Source: an archaeon
GTDB lineage: Archaea; Micrarchaeota; Micrarchaeia; Anstonellales; Bilamarchaeaceae
DNA: 64,000 nucleotides
Direction: 5' to 3'
NCBI GenBank assembly: GCA_020053355.1
Contig: JAGVNI010000016.1
Coordinates: 31,694-95,693, forward strand
The translations under genes were made by a program, and so were the position numbers. Numbering within the stretch: the first letter of the stretch is position 1; each line of letters opens with the position of its first letter. This document shows positions 18,090 to 27,971 of this stretch, piece by piece. Under the pieces are notes generated by a model. It saw only the letters and a list, made by a program, of their open reading frames with translations. It was not told the DNA's origin and searched no databases.

Positions 18090-19103
18090 TCAGCTCCTCT
18101 GGGCCACGTACCTCCCATAAAGCCTCGAAAAAACCCTATATTTCCCGCGTGCGAGCCTTACAATCTGCCCGCTCTCGAGCAGCCTTTTCATCAGGGTGGA
18201 GGCCGGCCCTGGCGGTTTTCCGGCCTTTTTTGCGATATCCGAGACATGCAGCCCGCCATCCTCCTTCGCAAGGACATGCAGCAGGGCCCTTTCCCCTGGG
18301 GGCGTTTCCTGGTACATCCGGCCGAACCACTCCCGCGAAAGCGTGCCCATTATCTGCGGAAGATATGCGAGATAATGCCCCTTGTTTATCACCTTTTCGT
18401 TGTCCCTGAGCCTTTCATATATGTTATAACAGACAGTCTTCACCAGCCGGGGATTCCCGCCGCAATCCTCCAGGATGGACTGCAGGCACTCCTCACCCAT
18501 CTTCGGCGGGCCTTTCTTGAGGGCCTTCTCCACCAGTTCCCGGGCGTCATGGGCGTCGAACGGCCTCAATTCCATGGACTGCAGCAGGCCGGATTCGACC
18601 TCGAATGATCTCGTCGTGCTGGCTACGAACGACAGGTTGCGTTTCCCCCAGCCCGCCTTCGCCGTCTTGAGGATGGTCCCAAGCGCTTCATCCGCCTTCC
18701 TGATGTTGTCAAAATCATCGATGAATACGATGGCGCCGAACTGGTTCGCGGCAATCCCCTCGACATCCCTTATCAGGGTTCCGATTCCTTTTCCCGCGCC
18801 AGGATTGCGCAATCCTGGCCTTTGCGGCAGCTCCTGGCGCGCCTTGTCCACGACAGAATCCAGGCTTTCGTTCCTCTCCGCCCGGACAAACGGGGCAAGA
18901 AGCCCCGCCTTCTCGGCTTCCTGCCGAAAATCCTCGAGCATGGCGGTTTTTCCGCATCCCGGGCCGCCCCGAACGAGCAATACTGCGCCCTGCTTCGATG
19001 CCGTGCCATTGGCAAAAAAGGAAAAAACCTTCTCTTCCTCCCTTCTCCCGCAAATCCCTTCCGGGTCAGTGCTCCATGGCGCAAACGGGTTCGGCCCCTT
19101 CAT
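18090..19103 (-). CDS. AAA+/archaeal ATPase with C-terminal winged helix
   Basis: PNPF...GRREEE, Walker A GGPGCGKT, Walker B FIDDFD, GGNPR, C-terminal wHTH. Confidence 0.85.
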   Translation of the reverse strand: MKGPNPFAPWSTDPEGICGRREEEKVFSFFANGTASKQGAVLLVRGGPGCGKTAMLEDFRQEAEKAGLLAPFVRAERNESLDSVVDKARQELPQRPGLRNPGAGKGIGTLIRDVEGIAANQFGAIVFIDDFDNIRKADEALGTILKTAKAGWGKRNLSFVASTTRSFEVESGLLQSMELRPFDAHDARELVEKALKKGPPKMGEECLQSILEDCGGNPRLVKTVCYNIYERLRDNEKVINKGHYLAYLPQIMGTLSREWFGRMYQETPPGERALLHVLAKEDGGLHVSDIAKKAGKPPGPASTLMKRLLESGQIVRLARGKYRVFSRLYGRYVAQRS

Positions 19104-19240
19104 TTAAACCACCATCAACATATTATTATAACAACAAACTACAATTCTTGTAGTTTTCGTATTTTTCATACATCCTATGAACATAAACATTTATAAAGCG
19201 GGAAAAGCGCGATAATGACAGTTGTGATTAGGTGTTCGGT

Positions 19241-22200
19241 ATGACATCATTGAAATACGTTCTTGGCGTTCTGGTGCTCGCACTGCTGGCAGGCATGGTC
19301 TTCGCTGACGAGCTTTTCCCTCAGGAAAGCCTGAAGGAGAGCCAGGTCATCATCACCCCTGCAAATACTGAGGGCTCAATCCTCAACCTGACAGTCCTTG
19401 TCTTCGAGCCGGCCACAAGCACCGGCGGCACGGACATACGCACTGTCATGGAGCAGATAGTCCAGGAGTGCGCAAGCGCAGCCAACCGCATGACGTGCAT
19501 AGAGCAGAAGTCCCTCGAGAGGACCGCCGCGTCCAGGGACTATACGATGAACCTGACGTCCCTTCCGAACGCCCATTTCGTGGTGGAATACTTCAACCCG
19601 CAGGGCAATGCATACCGCGGCCAGTGGACCGTCATCGAATCCTGCAATGATATCGTCACCGACCGGGTTGGTGTGGCATACCGCCCAGACCCGACAACCG
19701 GGGCGATGATTGCTTCCAACTATAATTACGTGCAGTGCGACATCGGCCCTTCAGTCGGGCAGATGAGCAGGGCCTACATACGGGCGACATTCGTTCCGCT
19801 TCCGGACCAGCAGGTGAGCCAGAGCTCGGCCGAATATGAATACTCGAACGCCCATGTCACCCCGGCAACCCAGTTCGCGCAGGACCTCCAGAACTTCATA
19901 AGCGGAGTCGCTGACGCAGGAGGCCAGGGCGTGGGCGCAGGCGGCGCACTGCCTTGCGTGGGCCTTTTCATGATAATGGGGCTCCTTCTGGCATCGCTTT
20001 ACTTCTCGGGCAAGTCCCCGATAACCCTACTGGATATCACCACGCCGAGGCTTCCGACTCCCAAAGGCGTGACCGCAAGCGGCCAGATACTCGCGCCGTT
20101 CGGTTACACGGAAATGAAGAAGTCTGCTACTGACAAGATGAGGACCGCGGCAGCGGCCGTGGCGGCAAGCCGGGACATGCTCTCCGGCAGGATGGCCGGC
20201 AATTCAGAGCACGACAATCTTCAGCGGGATATCCGCGCCCAGCGCGGCACCGCGGCGGACCGTGCGGTCGGCAGCGGAGCCGCCAGTGTGGCCCAGGGCC
20301 AGGCAATCGCCAGTTCGCTTGTCACCGCGGGCATGTCGCTCGGCATGCGCGGAAGCGAGCTTGCATCGCTCGCGCGGACGCTCCCGTACCACTACGGCGA
20401 CGCGGAGCACAAGCTTGTCGCCCAGATACTCGCAGGCCTTGAAGCCGCAGGCGGAAGGCAGGCCCTCATGGCCATGACCATCCGCGATTACTTCTACGGC
20501 CAGGCGACTTTCAAGCAGTTGGAAGTGCTGACAGCCCACCCCGAATACGGGAAGAGGAGCGCTGCGCACTACCGCCTCACCAACACGCTCGGCAAGTTCT
20601 ATGGCGCGAACCGCTATGCAATCCTCAGCGGTGTCGTCATGGCAGGCACAGACTCCATGGTCAGGTCCGGCCGCATTCTCGGCAGGATGACCAAGGCAAT
20701 CGCAACCGAGACGCCTCATCTGGCCAGAACCACGGCCAGGACCACGATGGAGATGGTCGGAGGCAAGCACATCGTCGAAGAGCTCGAGGCGCGGGGCAGG
20801 ACCTCGCCGACAGCGGCTTGGGCCGCAGGCCAGCTCCAGAAGCACCCGTCCGAAGTGGTCGTGGGCAACATGTTCCCGGTGAACGACCGGATGTCTCACC
20901 TCTACAAGACGCTCCGCACCGAAGCCCTCAACGATGAAATGAGGTACGTGGTGTGCCAGATCTACAAGAAGATGGGCATCAACTTCCGGATGACCGAGGA
21001 AGAGCTCGCAATGCTTGGGCACAAGGATGTCGACATCCTGAAAGTGTCAGGCTTTTCGACCCTCAATGCGCAGCAGCGCGAGTCGCTCCTTGCGGCAGAG
21101 GCCGAGATAAAACGCACCCTCTCGAACAGTACGCTCAGCGTTCAGGATAGGCTCAGCGCCCTTATGAGGGTCGCCGAAACCCACGGTGCGGTGATAGACC
21201 ACCAGATGGTCAACTTCACGAGGCGCCTTGAGACGATAGAAGCCTCGGCGAACCCGGACCACGTGAAGATGATACTCCTCCAGCAGGTGCTGGAAGAGCA
21301 GAACCGCGTCAAGCAGGCGGTGTCCTCAGGAGGCATGGCGAAGGAGAACGCCTATGTCTGCCACGTCGGCGGAGACACGCTGCGGGGCAACCAGATATGG
21401 GAAACCATGGTTGGCCGCACGATGGTCTACGACGGGGCGAACGGCCACCTGAACGGCGGAATCGCCGAGGAGCTGCTCGGAGCCAGGCTCAAGATAGCGA
21501 ACCGCCTTGCAGGCCTCGACCCCGGGGCAGCCGGGACCATGGAGCTCCTTCCGGAGCACATGAGGAACGCAACCGAGCTCAAGAAGGTCTCCGAGAGGAA
21601 CAGGCAGGACCTGATTTCCCTCTTCACTTCCGAAGGTAAGCAGGAGTTCGCACAGTATGCCGGCAAGAGGAAGCTGTCCACGAACATCGAGAGCGCTTCC
21701 ATATCCCAGCTCGTCGACTTCATGTACGGCGGCAACCTGCCGCGCAGCGGCGATGTGGACAAGAAGACAGGCAGGATGACCTGGTGGAACGCCGATGTCG
21801 AATTGGGCCTCGGAAAGAACCTGACCAAGGTCGACCTGAAGGGGCGCTACACGACGAATGTAGATGTCCGTGAAATCGCTTCGATAGGCGCATGGCTCGA
21901 AGCGCGCATGACGAGAGGCAACATCACATACGCCGACGCGACAGTGGAGGCCCAGGTGAAGCGGCTGCCCGGCTACGCCAGCATGACCGGCGAGCAGGAG
22001 GCCCAGGCGATGAAGAAAATCGCTGTCACCAAGGCGCTTGTCGAGGACCTCGAAGTGAGGTTCAACTCGCAGTTCGGCCACAACGCATACGGCACGACAA
22101 GGGAGTCCATGAAGTTCTACGGCAGCATAATGGGCGGCTTCCTGGAAAAAGCCCTCGAAGACAAGAAACTGCCGAACAACCACGGGGACCTGATGTTCGT

Positions 22201-24010
22201 CCGCGGCATGGACATGTCCAGCCCGAAGGACCTCTCGCACTTCAAGGACCTCCTTGTGAAATACGACAAGGAATACAAGGCCGTAATCAGCAAGCCGATG
22301 ACCTACGACGCAATCGCAGGGTCGAACAAGGCAATCGTGCTCCTCCAGGAAGGCGGATACGCCTACTACAAGAAGGGCATGATACTGAGCGACCTGGACC
22401 GTGTCATGGCAGGCCAGACGGCTCTGCGCGACAACAAGGGCCAGCTCAGGCCGTTCATACCTGAAGATGTCGCCGTCACCTTCGGCTCGAGGGACGACCT
22501 CTCATCCCAGTACCACAAGGCTCGCATGTCCAACGACCCGAACGAGTGGAAACCGTTCATGGAGTCCGTGGTGAAATGGGCAAAGGAGGGCGGCCACTAC
22601 AACTATGACAAGGAGAAGGTGCTCGGCGCAGTCCTCATGGAATATGGCGGAAAGACCCACGACTACGACAGCTTCTGGAAGCACAGCGCCGTGACTGTGG
22701 AGGCGAAACGCAACGTCACCATGGTAGCCCCGTCCGTGTTCCGCATGTTCGGCGTCGAGGCGCCGGAATTGATGAAGGCAGCCTCTCCGTTCCGCAACCT
22801 CGGCCTTGCCAGCATGGACATGGTGTCCAAAGTCGGCATAAAATCAGCCGGAGCGGTCCTGGACACATCATACGGGATAGCGGCAGTCGGCGGTGCCTAC
22901 AGCATCCACTCGAACGAGCTGACCCGGAGGATACTCTCGGGCCAGGACGCGGACAAGCTTACAGCCAAGGAAGCCGCGGCCTACCGCGACTATGCAGTCA
23001 CGCACGGCGCCTTCATCCAGGCGCGCCAGTGGACTGTGGACAGGTCGCCGTTCGGCTACTCCACGTCGCACAGCACGCAGGGTGCTGATGCCGCGCTGTT
23101 CTCGCACGGCCCTGGGCTTACCTTCAAGAAGAAGGACTACATCGGCGCGTACATGGACAAGTCCACGATGATGAACTTCAACGCCCTCTACGGCTTCCCG
23201 ATGGACGCTTCGCGGAAAGTCATGAGCTGGTTCGCGACGCCGATTAGCGCGGCCCAGAAGGAGATGTCCGGGCGTGCAGGCCGGTGGGACACCACGGGCG
23301 ACTCGTTCAGGACGCTCTACCACACCGAGCCCCGCGTGAGGTCTGCCATGCAGGCCCTCCTCAACCCGTTCTCGCTCAGCAGCGGGAAGCTTGCGGAGAA
23401 GCTTAGCGGCTTCACCGGCAAGTCGCGCCACTCGCAGGTGGCGGGCGAAGAGGTCATGCTCGGCCTGTCAGCCGATACCATGGATACGATGCAGACCCGC
23501 AAGGGTGTTGCCGTCGTAGGCAGGTACGGTGACGCCAACCCGCGCGAGAAGTTCTACGATGTCCGCAACGTCCAGCACCTCGACGCCCCGATGGCGAGCG
23601 AGCTGCAGAAAGACTCGGCGTTCAAGTACCAGCAGGACATCAACGACGCGGCCAACAACCTCACTGTCCGGCGCACCGTTTCGGCAGAGTCACTGGCCAT
23701 AAAGAGGCTGCAGGAGATGATGAACTTCAGCAGCTTCCAGACGCCGCAGGGCAGGTTCATGACGCCTGTCCACTTCGCATTAATCGGGCTTGGCATACCT
23801 AACATGATATCCAAGCACGTGGCAGCAGCGAAGCACGGGCAGCAAACCAGCATCGGCGGCGACATGAGGCGCAGCGTGAAGGGCATGTCTGAAGGCATGT
23901 CCCGGCTGATGAAGCCCGGCAACATGGTCTGGGAAGTCCGCTGCGCCCACTGCGGCGCGAGGGGGAACCGCCACCAGAAATGCGGCTCCTGCGGCAAGAC
24001 CATGATTTGA
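19241..24010 (+). CDS. Giant hypothetical membrane protein (~1,589 aa) with C-terminal Cys cluster
   Basis: Long ORF with strong G/C third-position bias; signal peptide; TM helix near aa 240-256 followed by SPITLLDITTPRLP; ends CAHCG..HQKCGSCG; oligo-T tract after the stop. Confidence 0.9.
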   Translation: MTSLKYVLGVLVLALLAGMVFADELFPQESLKESQVIITPANTEGSILNLTVLVFEPATSTGGTDIRTVMEQIVQECASAANRMTCIEQKSLERTAASRDYTMNLTSLPNAHFVVEYFNPQGNAYRGQWTVIESCNDIVTDRVGVAYRPDPTTGAMIASNYNYVQCDIGPSVGQMSRAYIRATFVPLPDQQVSQSSAEYEYSNAHVTPATQFAQDLQNFISGVADAGGQGVGAGGALPCVGLFMIMGLLLASLYFSGKSPITLLDITTPRLPTPKGVTASGQILAPFGYTEMKKSATDKMRTAAAAVAASRDMLSGRMAGNSEHDNLQRDIRAQRGTAADRAVGSGAASVAQGQAIASSLVTAGMSLGMRGSELASLARTLPYHYGDAEHKLVAQILAGLEAAGGRQALMAMTIRDYFYGQATFKQLEVLTAHPEYGKRSAAHYRLTNTLGKFYGANRYAILSGVVMAGTDSMVRSGRILGRMTKAIATETPHLARTTARTTMEMVGGKHIVEELEARGRTSPTAAWAAGQLQKHPSEVVVGNMFPVNDRMSHLYKTLRTEALNDEMRYVVCQIYKKMGINFRMTEEELAMLGHKDVDILKVSGFSTLNAQQRESLLAAEAEIKRTLSNSTLSVQDRLSALMRVAETHGAVIDHQMVNFTRRLETIEASANPDHVKMILLQQVLEEQNRVKQAVSSGGMAKENAYVCHVGGDTLRGNQIWETMVGRTMVYDGANGHLNGGIAEELLGARLKIANRLAGLDPGAAGTMELLPEHMRNATELKKVSERNRQDLISLFTSEGKQEFAQYAGKRKLSTNIESASISQLVDFMYGGNLPRSGDVDKKTGRMTWWNADVELGLGKNLTKVDLKGRYTTNVDVREIASIGAWLEARMTRGNITYADATVEAQVKRLPGYASMTGEQEAQAMKKIAVTKALVEDLEVRFNSQFGHNAYGTTRESMKFYGSIMGGFLEKALEDKKLPNNHGDLMFVRGMDMSSPKDLSHFKDLLVKYDKEYKAVISKPMTYDAIAGSNKAIVLLQEGGYAYYKKGMILSDLDRVMAGQTALRDNKGQLRPFIPEDVAVTFGSRDDLSSQYHKARMSNDPNEWKPFMESVVKWAKEGGHYNYDKEKVLGAVLMEYGGKTHDYDSFWKHSAVTVEAKRNVTMVAPSVFRMFGVEAPELMKAASPFRNLGLASMDMVSKVGIKSAGAVLDTSYGIAAVGGAYSIHSNELTRRILSGQDADKLTAKEAAAYRDYAVTHGAFIQARQWTVDRSPFGYSTSHSTQGADAALFSHGPGLTFKKKDYIGAYMDKSTMMNFNALYGFPMDASRKVMSWFATPISAAQKEMSGRAGRWDTTGDSFRTLYHTEPRVRSAMQALLNPFSLSSGKLAEKLSGFTGKSRHSQVAGEEVMLGLSADTMDTMQTRKGVAVVGRYGDANPREKFYDVRNVQHLDAPMASELQKDSAFKYQQDINDAANNLTVRRTVSAESLAIKRLQEMMNFSSFQTPQGRFMTPVHFALIGLGIPNMISKHVAAAKHGQQTSIGGDMRRSVKGMSEGMSRLMKPGNMVWEVRCAHCGARGNRHQKCGSCGKTMI

Positions 24011-24051
24011 TTTTTTTTTATTTTCTTCAATTTTTCTTTCCTCTTTCCTTT
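24011..24051 (+). terminator. Oligo-T terminator
   Basis: tttttttttattttcttcaatttttctttc directly after the stop codon. Confidence 0.7.
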
Positions 24052-24255
24052 CATCAACCGCGCCATCAGCGGAGCGTGGCGGAGCAAGGCCCCCAGAGTC
24101 CCCCGTCGTCTATAAACAACTTTACGTTGCATGTCGTGGAAAACCTACGACTTTGAGCGTAAGCCCCTGCATTAAATTTAAAAACGTGCCGATGCTTTCC
24201 ATTAACGATGAGACTCCTCAATCATAGGACTACCTCAATTAGGCGGGAGGAACGA

Positions 24256-25362
24256 ATGTCGGGGGAGATAGCGCGAGCGAAGCCGATGGTATCGCAGCGC
24301 CCCGAGCTTCTGCCCGGCTATACGCCTCATTTGTCATACAAGTCTCCGCTCCGGTGCTATGCATACAATAAAAGCGGGAAGCGCGGCTTGCGTGCGGACC
24401 AGGTCACCTGCGGGATGAACCGGAACACCCTGACCCAGAAAGCCCCGCACATTTCGTTTTCGTCGCCATTGGAGCATGCCGCCAACCCTATCCTCAGCGG
24501 CGAGATACGGAACCTGGCATTGAGGTGCTCGCGCTCCCATCATAGCCACCCCTCCCCAACCAATCCGATGCACGCAGGATATGGCCAGGGGTATAACTCG
24601 CATCCGCATGCGCATGGGTACTGGATGGCCGCACAAAACCCGCATGGCGCGCATTTCCGCGCGATGGCCGATGTTTCGGCAAGCGCTTTCACCCGGCATG
24701 GTGTTTTCTCAGAGGACTGGACGCTTCCAAGGGATGCCCAACCCGCGCCTGCAGGCCAGATATCGTCGGCCTCCCCGGCGCATCCGCCACCCAAGCATAT
24801 TCCGGGCGGGAACCCGGATTGCCCGGGTTTAGCGGCTACTAACAATGGCGCATCAGCCAACCAATCCATATCCGAGCTTCCTAGCATCACCCCTCTATAT
24901 GCCGGGGCCGGGGACTCAAGCCTGCAAATCCAATCCCAAGCATCTGAATCTGCGCCAAATGCGCCTGCAGGCGGCAACCCAGGTCCCAACACCTCCTGCG
25001 CGGCCGATACCGCCGCCAGCACGCCAATCCGTTCATCCACAGCCAATCATATGGCGGGTGTCCGGACACCACACCATTTCATCCCTTCCATCCAAGGCGC
25101 AGTCCAAGGCATGGTCCAAGGCACTGCGAATCTGGCGGGACTGTTTGCGGGCCTTCTGCCTGCATCCGGCCAAACCCGTGCAAACCTGCAGGTGTCGCAT
25201 ACAACATCCACCCAATCGGTGGGCGCATATTCCGCAGAAACTCCAAAGGATGGGCAGAACCAATCGCCAAATGCGGCCAAATCCGCCGGGTGCAGTTCCA
25301 CTCGGGCAAGAAAAGCGGCGCAGCTGATTGTGGCAAGGGCAGAAAACCCGCCCCCCGAATAA
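24256..25362 (+). CDS. Hypothetical low-complexity (P/S/A/H-rich) protein
   Basis: ORF fills the gap; GGAGG upstream of ATG 24256; atypical codon use and probably disordered. Confidence 0.45.
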   Translation: MSGEIARAKPMVSQRPELLPGYTPHLSYKSPLRCYAYNKSGKRGLRADQVTCGMNRNTLTQKAPHISFSSPLEHAANPILSGEIRNLALRCSRSHHSHPSPTNPMHAGYGQGYNSHPHAHGYWMAAQNPHGAHFRAMADVSASAFTRHGVFSEDWTLPRDAQPAPAGQISSASPAHPPPKHIPGGNPDCPGLAATNNGASANQSISELPSITPLYAGAGDSSLQIQSQASESAPNAPAGGNPGPNTSCAADTAASTPIRSSTANHMAGVRTPHHFIPSIQGAVQGMVQGTANLAGLFAGLLPASGQTRANLQVSHTTSTQSVGAYSAETPKDGQNQSPNAAKSAGCSSTRARKAAQLIVARAENPPPE

Positions 25363-25408
25363 AGGACAATGTTTAAATTCCCGAACGCGCCAATAATAAT
25401 CGGTGTCC

Positions 25409-27961
25409 ATGAGACCAGCAGTCTTCATACCGGCGCTTCTGGCATTGCTTTGCCTCTCATTTGTCATCTCCGGATGCCTTGCGAAACTAAACGGCGGCTC
25501 CTCGGCATTCGAGCACGAATACCGCGACAACCTCAGCCGGGTGGCGATATACAACTCCTCCATGGCCGAGTTCTGCAGGCCTGGAAGCTGCTGGTGCATG
25601 GTCTGCAAGAACGGCACCAACATATTCGGGCCCCTCAACAACCTGATTGGCGGCTACTGCTACTATGACAAGAACTGCACGCCCGCGATGATGGCGAGCT
25701 ACAACAACCGCACGGCCAACCCGGACCTGACCGTCCGGCAGTTCATGATAGGGCAGGGGCCAACATTCGGCGATTTCGGCGCAGCCAACACGCAATGCTC
25801 GGACCGCCTGAGCATGTCTGTGCAATGGCTTGTCGGCTCGAACGTATCCCCGTACATACGGCCTGATGCGGTCCGCACCATGTGCTTCCTGAGCAAGGAC
25901 ATAATCCCGGTCTACATCCTCTACAGCAACGGCTCCAACATCAACATCACCCGTTCGCGCGATATCGGCACGATTCTCGGCACCGAAGGCGACGACGTCT
26001 TCATGGGCCGATTGTCCGACGGCCCTGTCGGCCCCGTCGTAGTAGTCACCGAGATGGATTTTGATCGGAGCAAGGCCGCGGAAGTAGCCAACCAGGTCCG
26101 CGCCATCGACCAGGGGTGCGGGAACGACCGGGCCAACAACAAGATATTCTGCTTCATCGCTGTCGCCCCGAAAATCAACGATTTCGAAGCCCTCGACACC
26201 GTCATGAGGGAGCTTGGCGCAGATGCCGACAAGGTCGACCTGGTCGCATACGGCATCAACGGGAAATACCTCCACTCATGCGAAGGCGCGCGGGCGAGGC
26301 AGCAGGCGCTGAATTTCTCATCATACGCCCTATACAACTGGAGCAAGCCGACAATCATCCCATACGTCCTTTTCGACCCCGGGACTAACGACACGGACAA
26401 CTCGTGCACGTGGGGCGAGAACGACGTCGTCTCAGCCTACGGGGCGTTCTTCCCCTTCGGCGTCACGACATTGCAAAAGCGCGGCGTCGTGGGCATAGCG
26501 CCATACTCATACAACACGTCCGGCGGCATAGGCGTCACGAACCCCCTGAACTGCTCGGACTGCGGCGTGGCGAGGACGGCATCCCGCCTGCGCGCCTGGT
26601 ACGCGGGCTGCCAGGCTTATACCAACGTCACAAGGCCCTCAGGCAACGTCCCCTCAGGCTCGACGCAGATTCTCTTCGGCAACGAATCAGGCACTTCGTG
26701 CAACTCCAACACGAATTTCGATTTCATGCGCGGCTTCAGTTTCGCCGGCCGCGACATAATGCAGCAGCAGACCACGCAGCTCCGGGATGCGGCGCCGCTC
26801 CTTTTCACGTGCGACGCCTGCCTGCTCGCGAACTCGAGCCGTCCTATCAGCGACATATTCGCGAGCCTCCGCCCGTCGACCGGAGCGGCCCCGGACCGTT
26901 ACTGCACGAGCTATCCTGAAATCAACCAATGGGCTAGCGCCCGCAACCTGGACCCGATGCTGGTCCGGGCTTTCGTGCTTACTGAAAGCGATTTCAACCC
27001 CTGCTCTGCCGCAAGGGTATGCAGGCAGGGCTATGACGACGGCCGGTGCTTCGAGCCTGGTCCCGGAAAGGACGAGTGCTATGACATGTCATACGATGAG
27101 ATGTACGACCCGGCGGGGAACTGCACATTCGACATCGCCCCGAATTCGGGCAGCGCACAGCCAGACTGGCGCTACTGTGCGGTCGGCATCATGCAGAGCC
27201 TCGAGCCGCCATACACGTTCTGGCCGGCATCAGTGAATCCTGATGGCGCAAACGGCCCGTATTTCGACGTCTTCGACCGCTCCGGTTTCCGCACCCTTGA
27301 CCTGAACGGCGTCAAGGCGTGCAATCCCCGCTTCAACCCGTTCGTGGCAGCCGATTCAATATGCATCGGGACTGCCAAGCTGGAATCCGCCCTCCGTGCC
27401 GCACGGGGCTGGATAAACTCGCACCGCGGCCAGCTGAACTGGGGCTCGGGCGACATTGACAAGGACAGCCTTTTCGCGGCATATGTCGCCGGCAACATGT
27501 ATTCCGGCTTCTGGGGCAGCAAGTCAAGGTCGGCGGACCACCCGAGGTGCTCCAGCGGCGTCTCAAATGGCGACTGCTGGGCTTACGGCTTCTCGCTCAG
27601 CTGGGCCGTGAATGACACATACTGCGCATCAGACGCGGGCCAGGACGACCCGCACTGCGAGGGCGGCCACCCGAAGAAGAACCCTCCGTACGAGTGCTAC
27701 GGCTACTCGGACTTCATCCAGTACGTGCAGGAGTGCGAGGTGCCATTCCTTCCGCGCAGGGTTGACCCTGGCAAGGGCAAGGTGGAGGCATTCCTGTGGC
27801 TTAGCAACGGATGCCCGAACAACTTCTGCCCTGATGGCAAGAAGCTTTTCCAGCTCATGGAACGCTCACTGCCTGGAAGCGGCACCCCTTACATACCGGA
27901 CAATCCGACCTGCTCGACGACCTCGTCATCCGGCGGCGGCCTGAGCCTTGGCGGGGGGTAG
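25409..27961 (+). CDS. Cys-rich predicted lipoprotein with lytic transglycosylase (SLT)-like domain, copy 1
   Basis: Lipobox-like VISGC; SLT motifs LDPMLVRAFVLTESDFNP, GIMQ, SICIGTAKL, FAAYVAG. Confidence 0.75.
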   Translation: MRPAVFIPALLALLCLSFVISGCLAKLNGGSSAFEHEYRDNLSRVAIYNSSMAEFCRPGSCWCMVCKNGTNIFGPLNNLIGGYCYYDKNCTPAMMASYNNRTANPDLTVRQFMIGQGPTFGDFGAANTQCSDRLSMSVQWLVGSNVSPYIRPDAVRTMCFLSKDIIPVYILYSNGSNINITRSRDIGTILGTEGDDVFMGRLSDGPVGPVVVVTEMDFDRSKAAEVANQVRAIDQGCGNDRANNKIFCFIAVAPKINDFEALDTVMRELGADADKVDLVAYGINGKYLHSCEGARARQQALNFSSYALYNWSKPTIIPYVLFDPGTNDTDNSCTWGENDVVSAYGAFFPFGVTTLQKRGVVGIAPYSYNTSGGIGVTNPLNCSDCGVARTASRLRAWYAGCQAYTNVTRPSGNVPSGSTQILFGNESGTSCNSNTNFDFMRGFSFAGRDIMQQQTTQLRDAAPLLFTCDACLLANSSRPISDIFASLRPSTGAAPDRYCTSYPEINQWASARNLDPMLVRAFVLTESDFNPCSAARVCRQGYDDGRCFEPGPGKDECYDMSYDEMYDPAGNCTFDIAPNSGSAQPDWRYCAVGIMQSLEPPYTFWPASVNPDGANGPYFDVFDRSGFRTLDLNGVKACNPRFNPFVAADSICIGTAKLESALRAARGWINSHRGQLNWGSGDIDKDSLFAAYVAGNMYSGFWGSKSRSADHPRCSSGVSNGDCWAYGFSLSWAVNDTYCASDAGQDDPHCEGGHPKKNPPYECYGYSDFIQYVQECEVPFLPRRVDPGKGKVEAFLWLSNGCPNNFCPDGKKLFQLMERSLPGSGTPYIPDNPTCSTTSSSGGGLSLGGG

Positions 27962-27971
27962 GCTCATCCAA

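Noticed and set aside
17552-19103. PLD nuclease + AAA ATPase as an anti-virus defence operon
   Set aside because: The genes are convergent and the nuclease is membrane-anchored; no support for a unit.
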